In this document: positions 11,132 through 20,767 of the stretch, in pieces
Layout: the number at the start of each line of letters is the position of its first letter
How positions within the stretch are numbered: the stretch's first letter is position 1
Assembly: GCA_036154155.1 (NCBI GenBank)
Contig: JAYZLP010000049.1
Span: 1-56,522, forward strand
Length of the DNA stretch: 56,522 bases
Reading direction: 5' to 3'
Source of the DNA: Thermoplasmatota archaeon
GTDB taxonomy: Archaea; Thermoplasmatota; Poseidoniia; Poseidoniales; Thalassarchaeaceae
Position numbers and translations under genes: made by a program
The notes under the pieces: model-generated
The model's database searches: none
Seen by the model: only the letters and a program-made list of their open reading frames with translations
What the model was told of the DNA's origin: nothing

Positions 11132-12097
11132 CTAATCCTCCCTCTTACTAGCAAGATTGCCCTTTCTTGGACCTCTCCTGGAAACTCCCAAACGCCTTCT
11201 TCGGCGACCAGGGGGCAACTGGTCCTTCTTCTCCTCTGACGGTTCTGATTTCGATGATGCCAGTTCTGAGAGACTGCCAGACCCCAGCAATGCGTCTAGC
11301 TCGATGGTGCTCAATGTACCACCAGTCTTTGCTTTGTCCTTAATTTCAGAGAAGCGCACCTTCCTGTTTCTGCCACCGGTAATTCTGCGATATGCCTTTA
11401 CTCTGCCAAGCTCCTTTCTAAGTCCCCTTCTTTCGGACTCAATTTTCTCTAGCTTCTTGTCAATCTTCGATATCCTTTTGCTAGTCTTCCTGACGTCAGA
11501 TCTGGAAATACTATCGGTCCCGACTCCCGACTCTTCCATGGCCTTACTTGCAACGCTCTTGTGCTCCTTCTTCCCCTGATCAAGCTTAGAGGTGATTTCC
11601 TTCATTTTCTTAACGCTAGTAACATACTCCGAGTGGGCTGTTTCGGACTCGGCCTTCATAACAATGGCAGCTTGAATTTCAAAGAATCTTCGAAACGCAT
11701 CAAGCTCCCTTGGAAGTGTGGGGACTGCTGTAAGGTCGTTGTCTATCGTTGTCAGCCTCCTGTATGTTTCTGATAACCACTCGTTTAGGACATCTACTGG
11801 AGGGGGGATGAGGACATTTACCCGATCTCTTTTCGTTCTGGACTTATCCGCCGTCTTCCTCGTCTCGTGGAACTTTCTCAGCAACTCTCTTCTTTCCGAA
11901 TTGGCGCCTTCAATCTGGCCTACTGCGCCACGAAGAATCTTAACTTGGCTGACTAGGTCCGCCCTCTCTTCCCTAAGGTCCCTCTTTTGCCTTTCTAGGG
12001 ATTTTATCTGCCTCTCAAGACCGCCATACATCTCCTGTAATTCGTGTCCGTCCAAATCCTCCAGGTCTTCGAAGGATGAATCCGATGAACTACTCAT
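11132..12097 (-). CDS. Archaeal coiled-coil protein (COG1340-like), paralogue 2
   Basis: Coiled-coil composition, C-terminal KAKTGGTLSTIEL, Arg/Lys-rich tail; ATGA coupling to the upstream gene. Confidence 0.72.
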   Translation of the reverse strand: MSSSSDSSFEDLEDLDGHELQEMYGGLERQIKSLERQKRDLREERADLVSQVKILRGAVGQIEGANSERRELLRKFHETRKTADKSRTKRDRVNVLIPPPVDVLNEWLSETYRRLTTIDNDLTAVPTLPRELDAFRRFFEIQAAIVMKAESETAHSEYVTSVKKMKEITSKLDQGKKEHKSVASKAMEESGVGTDSISRSDVRKTSKRISKIDKKLEKIESERRGLRKELGRVKAYRRITGGRNRKVRFSEIKDKAKTGGTLSTIELDALLGSGSLSELASSKSEPSEEKKDQLPPGRRRRRLGVSRRGPRKGNLASKRED

Positions 12098-12921
12098 TCC
12101 TCCTCGCCTCCTTCCTTCCCTTTCCTCTTCCCTTTCTTGGAGAACGAGGATGCCCCTCCTGACATGACTCTGTGCATGTCGGCCAGGAGGTCGTCATGAC
12201 CCGAACCGATATCTCCGAAACCCTCCTTCAATCGCCTCTCCCAGTGCTCAATCGCCCTGGAAGACTGCGACAGAAGCTCTTTGGCCCTATCCAATTGCCT
12301 ACGGACATCTCTGATTTCTTCCTGAAGTGAGGTCTTCTTCTCGTACAGTGGCTGTGCCTTCTTCACTGCCTCCAGCATCTTTGAATGAGCCCTCTCAGAA
12401 GTCTTGAAGTTGACCACCATCTCCCTTCTAGCCTCGACGTACTCAGCCATCTCAGGATTAGCGTCCTTTCTCTCTTTCAACCATTTCTCGTTTTCCTCAA
12501 TCAGTTTTTTTCTTCTAGAGATGAGCTTCCCCTCAGATTTATGATCAAGCGCAGAAGTCTCTATTTGCGACTCAATACCTTCCAATTCCTCCAGTAGCTT
12601 CTCCTTTTTCCAACCAGGGTCAAGGTTGACCATCCCTCCAGATTCCGATAAGCTATCCCCATATTCTCTGACCTTGGAAATCAATGCCCGAGCTCTTTCC
12701 TGGCTCTCATTCCTTTCCTTTTTCAAACTGGAAACAGACTCGTTAGCCGATCTATGGGTTTCTAGCGCCTTCTCCACCTTAGGAGAAAGGGCGTCTTCCT
12801 CCGCCTCGAGGTTCCTTATCACGCCCGGAAGCTGATCGTCTAGCACCCTCCATCTGGCAAGTAGCCCCTCGGCCAGCTCCTCGGGTTTGACCCTTAGTAG
12901 CCCTTCTGCGTCCATAACCAT
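12094..12921 (-). CDS. Archaeal coiled-coil protein (COG1340-like), paralogue 3
   Basis: ELEGIESQIETSALDHKSEGKLI central motif; start moved to ATG 12921, which has a TTTAAC box about 27 nt upstream. Confidence 0.75.
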   Translation of the reverse strand: MVMDAEGLLRVKPEELAEGLLARWRVLDDQLPGVIRNLEAEEDALSPKVEKALETHRSANESVSSLKKERNESQERARALISKVREYGDSLSESGGMVNLDPGWKKEKLLEELEGIESQIETSALDHKSEGKLISRRKKLIEENEKWLKERKDANPEMAEYVEARREMVVNFKTSERAHSKMLEAVKKAQPLYEKKTSLQEEIRDVRRQLDRAKELLSQSSRAIEHWERRLKEGFGDIGSGHDDLLADMHRVMSGGASSFSKKGKRKGKEGGEEE

Positions 12922-13008
12922 CCGGCCCACCCGGGACAGTCGGTTAAAGGTCACTATGTGACCTTGGCAGGGGTTTGATTGATACGGCCCCTTTTCTGAG
13001 CCAATACC

Positions 13009-14631
13009 ATGGGTGAGTACCCTGAGAGTGGCATATTGCGTTATCTCGGGCCATCTTTGGTCGCCCTTTTGGCGTTCCTAGCAACTCCCGGCCTCCCTAT
13101 CCAAGAGGCAATGACTCCTGATTCCGAATTACTTTCTGACAGCATCTCCTTCGATTCTGGGAACTTAAGTAACACAACCGAGCCTTCGTTCATACCTGCA
13201 GGATCCAATGAAGTTGCAATAGTTGGCGAACCAGCTCATTTGGGGGATTACCTAACAGCTTCCATTCTTGTACATAATCAAGGAAATTACTCTGGGGCAG
13301 TATCCATGGTTATTTCTTCAGATAACTGGCCATCCAACGTATCAGGCGAGGGCGTGGAAATAAGTCCAGGGTCAAGCCGTGATGTTTCAGCGGCATTCGC
13401 CCTGAACAGCACCGGGCAAGTCGAAATTCACTGGGAAATCGTCAGCTCCGAGTATGTAGTCAGTGATGATCTGTCTGGCATTATTGTGGTAGAATCTCTC
13501 CCTCCCCAGTCCCTCAGCCTCATAGTAGATAGTGAGAGCTGGACACTATCAGACGGACTCCAAGTTGGGATTTCTGTGCTACTTTCCGATGGCCATTCTA
13601 GGGATGTTGAGATTGTCGCCGATTTGTTCAGTATGGGTGCTCCAAGAGGCTCCCAGAGCCATACCGCCTCACTATCTCCGGGGATTAGGGGAATGTCCTT
13701 CGACTTTGGAAATCCTGATGCAGATTACATTTCATTCACCATACTGCCAATGGGATGGGTGCCATCCGACCAAATCAGCATCGATTACCAACTATCCCCA
13801 CCTGTCGTATCTCCCTCTGTTTCTACTTGTTCCACGGTGCCTGAAATTGCCATTCCGGGCGACTCATTAGTTATCGATTGCGTCATTGCAAACTCGGGAG
13901 ATTCGGCGAGCCTTTCCGGGACCATTTCAGCAATCAGGCAATCCGATGGACTAATACTCTCCACATCTGATACATCACCGCTCCAGCCAGATGATGAATC
14001 AAGCTATTCGTTAGTTGTTCCAGAGTGGCCAGATGACGGCGATGCTATCGTTGAGATTGCATGGTTTTCGGGAGAAAGCTACGCCATGCAGAGCATCCAG
14101 ATCCAGACCCGTGAACCTCCTGCAGAGGGATTCAAACTGCCCTTCGATACATCTGCCGCGCTTCTCGGCTCTGTAATTGGACTTGTTGTGGTAATGGTCG
14201 TACTTGCCGTTTGGAGGGTAATTTCCGAGAAGACTCCATCTACGGGGTCCGAGGACAACTTCAAACTTCGGAGAGAGTCAAGAATCGAGAGAAGGGCAGA
14301 GGTGCAGAAAATGGAAATTTCCTGTCCCTCTTGCGAGCAGAGACTAAGTGTGCCTAAATCGCATGTCGGAGGGGTCAAGTGCCCCTCATGCACCAACCAA
14401 TTCCAAGTCGGCATTTCAGAAAATTTGCAGGAAGAAGATGAAGATGTGAGTGAAACTACCCAAATAACAGACCCTTCACCAGGCCTAAGCTCAAGCTCCA
14501 CAGAAGAAATATTGAGTTGCCCATCCTGCGAGCAGAGACTGAAGGTTCCAATGGATAGAAGGCCTGTAATGTCTCGTTGCCCTGCATGCAGGGCCGAATT
14601 TATGGCATTGAGTGAGGAGGTGGCTAGTTGA
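13009..14631 (+). CDS. Membrane protein: N-terminal signal/TM, CARDB/Ig-like extracellular region, TM helix, two cytoplasmic Zn-ribbon repeats
   Basis: Hydrophobic N-terminus; V.N.G motifs typical of CARDB; TM LLGSVIGLVVVMVVLAVW; two CPSCEQRL-x-CPxC repeats. Confidence 0.75.
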   Translation: MGEYPESGILRYLGPSLVALLAFLATPGLPIQEAMTPDSELLSDSISFDSGNLSNTTEPSFIPAGSNEVAIVGEPAHLGDYLTASILVHNQGNYSGAVSMVISSDNWPSNVSGEGVEISPGSSRDVSAAFALNSTGQVEIHWEIVSSEYVVSDDLSGIIVVESLPPQSLSLIVDSESWTLSDGLQVGISVLLSDGHSRDVEIVADLFSMGAPRGSQSHTASLSPGIRGMSFDFGNPDADYISFTILPMGWVPSDQISIDYQLSPPVVSPSVSTCSTVPEIAIPGDSLVIDCVIANSGDSASLSGTISAIRQSDGLILSTSDTSPLQPDDESSYSLVVPEWPDDGDAIVEIAWFSGESYAMQSIQIQTREPPAEGFKLPFDTSAALLGSVIGLVVVMVVLAVWRVISEKTPSTGSEDNFKLRRESRIERRAEVQKMEISCPSCEQRLSVPKSHVGGVKCPSCTNQFQVGISENLQEEDEDVSETTQITDPSPGLSSSSTEEILSCPSCEQRLKVPMDRRPVMSRCPACRAEFMALSEEVAS

Positions 14632-15281
14632 TAGAACTGAGCGAGTATGAGGAAATGTACCTCAAGAGGATGTTCGAATTTTTCGACTCAAAGCCCGATG
14701 CAATCCTCAAGACCACACAACTAGCCGAGCTCATGGGTGTCAGCGCCGCATCAGTCACAGAGATGATCCAGAGACTAGCCTCTAGGGATCTTGTTACTCA
14801 TATCCCCTACAAGGGCTCAAGACTTACTCCCGCCGGATTTCATCAGGCAGCCAGAGTCAAGAGGAGGGAATGTCTTCTGGAGATACTGCTGTCGGAGGTA
14901 ATAGGCTACACAGGGGATCTAGAGGAGGCAGCATGCAAGATGGAACATGATATGGGCCCGGAGTTGGAAGCTGCTATCGATAAGATGTTGGGATATCCCA
15001 AAGAAACCCCCTCTGGGAAGAAGATCCCAGTAATAGAAAGAACCATTGAGATTTCCCAAGAGGGACTCTTACTTCCAATCAGCAGCATTCCATCCGGCAC
15101 AGAGTCTGTTGTTGAGGTAATCGCCCTAGAACCAGTAGACCGGAAAACATTGCAAGGACTGGGCATAGGCATTGGCTCCGTGATAAGCAAGAATGAGACA
15201 GAGACTCTTTGCGATGGGAATAGTATTGAGCTTTCGAAGTCAATTTCAACAAAGATACTTGCAAGAGTTAGGGGGGCGTAA
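14628..15281 (+). CDS. DtxR/MntR-family metal-dependent transcriptional regulator
   Basis: EEMYLK, HTH LAELMGVSAASVTEMIQRL, YKG..LT..G, ACKMEH, LGYP..P.G..IP, C-terminal FeoA-like domain. Confidence 0.9.
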   Translation: MIELSEYEEMYLKRMFEFFDSKPDAILKTTQLAELMGVSAASVTEMIQRLASRDLVTHIPYKGSRLTPAGFHQAARVKRRECLLEILLSEVIGYTGDLEEAACKMEHDMGPELEAAIDKMLGYPKETPSGKKIPVIERTIEISQEGLLLPISSIPSGTESVVEVIALEPVDRKTLQGLGIGIGSVISKNETETLCDGNSIELSKSISTKILARVRGA

Positions 15282-15282
15282 T

Positions 15283-16839
15283 TTGATTGATGAAGAAAGC
15301 CTAGATGATCTAGCCGATGAGATTTCGGACTTCACCCCCTCCGCACCAAATCTAGAGTCAACAACCCACAGATCATCCACTGTGGAAAGTGATTGGAAGG
15401 AGGCCGAATTGAGGCAAAGAGAGGGTTCGCTAATCACACTGGATAGGGTCCTGATAAGCGGAGGGGCACGCTTAATCCTCCTTCTACCACTTTTCGCAAT
15501 CGTGTTATTTGGAGTGGCTCAGTCATATGGCGAGACTGACAATCAGTGGTGGGACAGCCACCTCATGGAAGCCTCAGGGGGCCTAAGTCTGGTTACTGCA
15601 ACCTATGCATTGACGCTACTAATAATAATCGCAGACATCGCCCTCCTTTCGTCTCTTCTAAGGATGATGTCATACTCTCGCTCGATATTCCACCAGGAGG
15701 CAGAGTCATTGACCTCATCAGGAATTACTTTCCGCAGCTCTCACGGTTATGCTGAGATGAGGGCTACAATTGATGGCTCAATTAGACAGGTAACTGCCAC
15801 CTCTTCTCTGATGATAATTTCTGCATTACTTCTAGGCACCAGTCTATGGCTCTCGAATGATGACACAGGTATGCCGATACTGATTTCTTTCTCTACCGGC
15901 TCTCTATTGGCAGGTCAAGGCGTCCATCTAATTTCTCACCGGGCAAGATTCAATGCCTCTGAGCCATGGGGGATGCTAGAGGCCTTCTCGCCCCCCATCC
16001 ATCCCGCACTTCTTAACAGGCCGTTCAATGATGTCATAAAGGCGCACATTGATCCTCTCCTCACTATCAGGATTTCTGAGTACATCAAAACGGTAAGGGG
16101 CGGACTAAAGGAAGGAGTGGGAATTTCCGAACTTCAGGAATCCCTCCTCCACCTTCTACATCTGAGAAGGTCATCATTAATTTCAGAGTCTGAGTTCAGA
16201 GACTCACTGGGCGGCTTCGTCGAGAGCTCCGCTATTGACGGATTATTCAACCATCCAGAGCTGGGCGAAGAAACATGGGACAGGTTGCTAATGCACGCGA
16301 GAAACGAATGTAAGCCATTCTTCAGACTGTATGACCGGATGAGGATGAGGAGAGGGGTCAGTAAGTCCGATGGCGGATTCTGGTTTGATGTCGATATGGA
16401 GAATTTGGTAGTTGGCCAGGCGAACCTATTCGCCTTCGTCCTCAATAGGAGCGGAGAGCCCAGGGACCTATTCCTCAAGATTCAGACACCTGACTTCAAA
16501 CCCAATGAGTGCGTATACAAGCTCAGATCCCAGCCCCTGGATTTATCCTTCGATCCCATGTCATCCACCTCTCTCTCAACCGAGATGCAGGAAATGACTA
16601 ACCATACTGGAATTGTCTGGCAGAGTTTGCTTCCTTCGATCAAGGGTGAAGCAACTGTGACGGTAAGGCTCGAGGACGACTCCGGAAATCTGATTTCTGG
16701 AAGGGTGCTAAACGTACAAGTGGGAAATGACCTAGCCACTAGGATGAGGAGGGCAGTAGGTGCAATGTTCATGGCAGGAGCTGCAATAGTGGTGCTTTCC
16801 CCAATAGCTCCATTTGCTAGATCATTATTGGGCCTCTGA
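15283..16839 (+). CDS. Hypothetical multi-pass membrane protein
   Basis: About four N-terminal hydrophobic segments, a soluble region and a C-terminal TM; start moved to TTG 15283 just after the regulator stop. Confidence 0.7.
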   Translation: MIDEESLDDLADEISDFTPSAPNLESTTHRSSTVESDWKEAELRQREGSLITLDRVLISGGARLILLLPLFAIVLFGVAQSYGETDNQWWDSHLMEASGGLSLVTATYALTLLIIIADIALLSSLLRMMSYSRSIFHQEAESLTSSGITFRSSHGYAEMRATIDGSIRQVTATSSLMIISALLLGTSLWLSNDDTGMPILISFSTGSLLAGQGVHLISHRARFNASEPWGMLEAFSPPIHPALLNRPFNDVIKAHIDPLLTIRISEYIKTVRGGLKEGVGISELQESLLHLLHLRRSSLISESEFRDSLGGFVESSAIDGLFNHPELGEETWDRLLMHARNECKPFFRLYDRMRMRRGVSKSDGGFWFDVDMENLVVGQANLFAFVLNRSGEPRDLFLKIQTPDFKPNECVYKLRSQPLDLSFDPMSSTSLSTEMQEMTNHTGIVWQSLLPSIKGEATVTVRLEDDSGNLISGRVLNVQVGNDLATRMRRAVGAMFMAGAAIVVLSPIAPFARSLLGL

Positions 16840-16880
16840 GTGATAGTTCCATTCAATAGTGAGTCCCACTTCGACGACGC

Positions 16881-17876
16881 ATGCAGAGCGATGAGAGCGG
16901 CCCTGATGACGATCTCAGAACCAGGCTTCATGCCATGGAGACCCGACTGAGGAGGATGAGGGACCAGAGGGCATCTCATAACGAATCTGCTAGGAGGGCC
17001 GCCGACTCCCGAAACTCAGTCCAAGAGCAGGGAAAGGAGCTCAGAGCCTCCATTGAAGAGAGGCTAAATGAGCAGAAAGAGGTCAGAGCAAGGGCCAAGG
17101 CCCACCAGAATCAGAGGGACGCGATTCAATCAAGGATCAGGGAGATTATCTCCAACAAGAGGGGCAAGAAGGGAGATGAAGGAAAGGCGAAGACAGGCGT
17201 CGTAGCACTCTCTGAGACCATAGCTAAGATTAGCAGTATTGAGAATAGGCTAATGACGGACGGGAACCTTACTCTGAAGGCAGAGAACAGAATCCTTAGA
17301 GAGCTAAAATCGCTAATTGCCAGGAGAGATGAACTACTCCCAGCTGCAGCAGAGTTTGAGAGCATCAAGATAGACCTTGGCGACTTGGAGAGCACAATAC
17401 AGTCACTAAAGGCGGAGGCCGATGCCCAACATAATGCCATGACTGATGCGCATAAAGAGGCCGACGCCATTTGGGAGGAAGTCAAGCCCATGCTGGAAGA
17501 GAGGGATTTCCTCAGATCAGAGGGGGACAGGCTGCACTCGCTGTTCGTAGAATCCCGCGAGTCCGCAAATCACATTCACTCTGAGATAGAGATACTTCTG
17601 AAGGAGGTAAATGAAGCTAGAGATGAAATGAGGGCTAGGAGAGAGGAGAGGGAAAGGGTCATCAAGGACCACAATCAATCTGTGAAGGACGCATTGAGGA
17701 CCCCTGATCAGGACGAGGAATTGGCAGATTCATTGACCGAACAACTTCTGAGCCAAGGAAACCTAACCTTGGGAGGCTCGATGTCGGGGGATGCCCAAGG
17801 TTCACCAGTCGCTAAGGAAGAGAGGCCCTCTAGCCGTAAGAGGGTACGTAAGCCCAAGTCATTCAGGGGCCGTTGA
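16881..17876 (+). CDS. Archaeal coiled-coil protein (COG1340-like), paralogue 4
   Basis: Coiled coil with central KISSIENRLMTDGNLTLKAENRIL motif; C-terminal QLLSQGNLTL and basic tail. Confidence 0.78.
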   Translation: MQSDESGPDDDLRTRLHAMETRLRRMRDQRASHNESARRAADSRNSVQEQGKELRASIEERLNEQKEVRARAKAHQNQRDAIQSRIREIISNKRGKKGDEGKAKTGVVALSETIAKISSIENRLMTDGNLTLKAENRILRELKSLIARRDELLPAAAEFESIKIDLGDLESTIQSLKAEADAQHNAMTDAHKEADAIWEEVKPMLEERDFLRSEGDRLHSLFVESRESANHIHSEIEILLKEVNEARDEMRARREERERVIKDHNQSVKDALRTPDQDEELADSLTEQLLSQGNLTLGGSMSGDAQGSPVAKEERPSSRKRVRKPKSFRGR

Positions 17877-17880
17877 GGGA

Positions 17881-18885
17881 TTACCAACCTCGATCTTCCA
17901 GCCTTACCTCTAGGTCGTCCAGTTCTAGTCCGGGCATTGCTTCGCCGACCATCTTACAGGCGTCCCTAACTACCGATGGGTCATCAAAGTGGTGCGTTGC
18001 CATGACTATGGCCTCGGCCGTGTTCGTTGGGTCAGAACTCTTGAAAATTCCAGAACCAACAAAAATCCCATCCATTCCATGGCTCATCATCAGAGCCGCA
18101 TCGGCAGGAGTGGCAATTCCTCCAGCTGAGAATGTCACCACAGGGAGCCTCCCGGATTTAGATACTTCTTCAAGTATGGCCGAGACTTCTGCCCTTACTT
18201 CTTCCATAGTCCCGAATGGAGTATTCCCTAAGGGGGTTCTCTCCGCGATCAAATCAAACGAAGACTCACTGTTGATTCTCCTGAATCCTTCCATGATCAC
18301 ATTCACCATGTCCTCTCTCCCCCCTTCACTGACCAATTGAGCATGAGCAATTTCAGTGGAGACCAACCTGGCATGTTGCACAGCACTGACCACGTTTCCA
18401 GTCCCGGCCTCCCCCTTGGTCCGAATCATTGCCGCCCCTTCAGCAATCCTTCTTACCGCCTCTCCTAGGTTAGTACACCCACAAACAAACGGTATTGTGA
18501 AATTATTTTTCGCTATGTGGAAGAAGGGATCAGCTGGAGTCAATACCTCTGACTCGTCAACCATGTCAACTCCCATGCTTTCCAGGACTCGGGCCTCTTC
18601 ATCATGACCAATTCTCGCTTTTGCCATCACGGGGATACTGGTCGTCTCGATTATTTCGCTAATCATGTCCGGATGGCTCATCCTAGCCACGCCGCCCATC
18701 GAGCGAATATCCGCGGGAACCCTCTCCAGTGCCATTACAGAAACCGCGCCTGCATCCTCGGCAATGTGCGCTTGCTCCGGGGTAACTACGTCCATTACCA
18801 CACCGCCTTGCTGCATTTTGGCGAAACCCCTCTTGAGGAGCTCTGTGCCGTGTCGCATTTCGCCAAGGTCCACCGTGCGTGCCAT
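17881..18885 (-). CDS. pdxS: Pyridoxal 5'-phosphate synthase lyase subunit
   Basis: [56 protein letters not shown]; start moved to MARTV. Confidence 0.97.
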   Translation of the reverse strand: MARTVDLGEMRHGTELLKRGFAKMQQGGVVMDVVTPEQAHIAEDAGAVSVMALERVPADIRSMGGVARMSHPDMISEIIETTSIPVMAKARIGHDEEARVLESMGVDMVDESEVLTPADPFFHIAKNNFTIPFVCGCTNLGEAVRRIAEGAAMIRTKGEAGTGNVVSAVQHARLVSTEIAHAQLVSEGGREDMVNVIMEGFRRINSESSFDLIAERTPLGNTPFGTMEEVRAEVSAILEEVSKSGRLPVVTFSAGGIATPADAALMMSHGMDGIFVGSGIFKSSDPTNTAEAIVMATHHFDDPSVVRDACKMVGEAMPGLELDDLEVRLEDRGW

Positions 18886-18946
18886 GCTGATGCCCCGCGC
18901 TAATTTCTTCATGAACCTATTTCCTCTTGAGGAAGGTGCGAAATCG

Positions 18947-19219
18947 CTAACCTAATACTGGCGAGTCGCCTTCTGCAATGGGTAGATCCGGGGCCTCGTC
19001 CTCATTTCTTTCTAGCCATTCTTCAAATTCATCAGGTAGATCGCTATCTGCAAATATTGCCTCAACAGGACACTCTGTGACGCACGCTGCACAATCTATG
19101 CACTCGTCTGGGTCAATCACCAGATAGGTTTCGGCTTCCCTAAAAGCCTCGACCGGACAAACAGCGACGCAGTCTTGGTATTTGTGGTCCACACAAGCAC
19201 TCGTTACTACGTGCGTCAT
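18947..19219 (-). CDS. Bacterial-type 7Fe ferredoxin (FdxA/FdI-like)
   Basis: Cx7Cx3CP plus [17 protein letters not shown]. Confidence 0.92.
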   Translation of the reverse strand: MTHVVTSACVDHKYQDCVAVCPVEAFREAETYLVIDPDECIDCAACVTECPVEAIFADSDLPDEFEEWLERNEDEAPDLPIAEGDSPVLG

Positions 19220-19280
19220 TTGCCTCGTCCCCCTCCCGATGATTGAGACATTTGAACTCTTGCTTATGTCCCGTCTACAA

Positions 19281-19721
19281 TCACCCTTCGGAGCACAATT
19301 TATTCACTAACCGTGAAGCCATTTCGACGGGGTCATCCCCTGGATATGCCTCAATCTTGAATGTCCCCTTCACAATTGAGCCACGGCTTTCCGAATCAAT
19401 CAGTGATACTCTCCCCCTGCATAGTTCGGACAGTGAAATCCTCACATGAATTGTTTTCTCCCCATCTATCCTCTTCTCAATTCCCTCTTTGGACAACTCA
19501 TTCAGAACTTCCACCCCGAGTCTGCCGAAACAGCTTACGGCATCCTTCTTTTTCTCGGTTCTAGCCATGGCCACATGCTGTGGAGAGCCGTGAAATGACT
19601 TATCTTTAGTCCATATCACCTCACAGCACCCCCCTGTGAGAAAATTAAGGCCGCTTTCGATCATTTCTAGATCATCAACACCACTTGCATGGACCCGCCA
19701 TGTCGCACTCAGTAGACCCAT
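19281..19721 (-). CDS. DUF54/COG1325-like putative RNA-binding (exosome-associated) protein
   Basis: RVHAS..DD, FHGSP, KRID....HVRIS, GTFKIEAYP; start at ATG 19721 (the longer ORF runs antisense to rps3ae). Confidence 0.7.
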   Translation of the reverse strand: MGLLSATWRVHASGVDDLEMIESGLNFLTGGCCEVIWTKDKSFHGSPQHVAMARTEKKKDAVSCFGRLGVEVLNELSKEGIEKRIDGEKTIHVRISLSELCRGRVSLIDSESRGSIVKGTFKIEAYPGDDPVEMASRLVNKLCSEG

Positions 19722-19857
19722 ATCTTGCTCCAAGCGACAGCATACCTTGAAGCCTCGCAGAGGAAGCCCAATCATTCCCGAAGGCTTTGCTTCAAATAGT
19801 AAGGGCAGGTCGCACGGCCTGCGAGCGGGGAAGCCCCCGAGGTACGAGGTTGTTGTC

Positions 19858-20763
19858 ATGGCAAAAGGCGCAAAGGCAAGGGCAGCAGCACGTAGGCAGA
19901 GGGACAAGTGGAAGTCCAAGCGCTGGTACTCAATCAGAGCACCTAGGAATCCCTGGTCTTTCAGGGTAATAGGGGAGACTCTGGCAGAGGAGCCAGAGAT
20001 GCTAATCGGGCGAAACTTTGAGATTATGCAGAACGAACTAGACGGGGACTTCTCAAAGATGCACGTAAAAATCAAGTTCAGAGTTGTCGACGTTCTTGGT
20101 GCAGACGCTCTAACCGAGTTCATAGGACACCAGATGATGCAAGATCACATCAGAAGGCAGATACGCCGTGACAGGGGAAAAATTGACGACACTGTAGACA
20201 TTGTTACCGATGACGGATTCTATGTCAGATTCAAACCATTGATCATCACTAGGGAAAGGGCGAAGTCCAGTCAGAAGAATGAGATCAGGGCAATCGCTAG
20301 GAATATCATTCTGAAGACTGGGGCTTCATCAACATGGGTGGATATGCAGAAGTCAGTTATGGACGGTGAGCTCGAAGCCAGGATTAAAGAGGGAGCATCC
20401 AAGATTACCCCTATTCGAGCCGTGATGATTCGTAGAACACAATTAATCCAATCCGGTGTAGTGGTGGAAGAAGGGCCGACACTTGAGGAGATCCACGCTC
20501 AGGAGAAGGCCGAAGCGGCTTCCGCAATAGAGGAGGAATCCGACGTTCTCGCAGCTGCGGAGGCATCTGCCGAAATCTCAGAACCATCCGATGACGATAC
20601 CGACTCCGAGCAGGAGGAAACAGATCCTCCTTCGGGAGAGGATACTGAAGAGGAGGTTGACTACAGCTCAATGAAGGTCGCCGAACTAAAGGAGCTGCTC
20701 AAGGCTGCCGGAAAACCAGTTTCCGGAAAGAAAGCAGACCTAATAGCGCGTCTCGAGGAGTAA
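19858..20763 (+). CDS. rps3ae: 30S ribosomal protein S3Ae (eS1) with acidic linker and C-terminal SAP-like domain
   Basis: RDKWKSKRWYSIRAP, LIGR, HVKIKFRV, TEFIGH, KITPIR; start moved to ATG 19858. Confidence 0.96.
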   Translation: MAKGAKARAAARRQRDKWKSKRWYSIRAPRNPWSFRVIGETLAEEPEMLIGRNFEIMQNELDGDFSKMHVKIKFRVVDVLGADALTEFIGHQMMQDHIRRQIRRDRGKIDDTVDIVTDDGFYVRFKPLIITRERAKSSQKNEIRAIARNIILKTGASSTWVDMQKSVMDGELEARIKEGASKITPIRAVMIRRTQLIQSGVVVEEGPTLEEIHAQEKAEAASAIEEESDVLAAAEASAEISEPSDDDTDSEQEETDPPSGEDTEEEVDYSSMKVAELKELLKAAGKPVSGKKADLIARLEE

Positions 20764-20767
20764 TCAC

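Noticed and set aside
10194-12954. Coiled-coil genes as a split SMC/Rad50 or a frameshifted single gene
   Set aside because: No Walker A/B or signature motif; each ORF has its own start context and parallel internal motifs, which indicates paralogues
19722-20123. N-terminal half of the 280-aa minus-strand ORF 19281-20123
   Set aside because: Antisense to rps3ae; the recognisable protein starts at 19721
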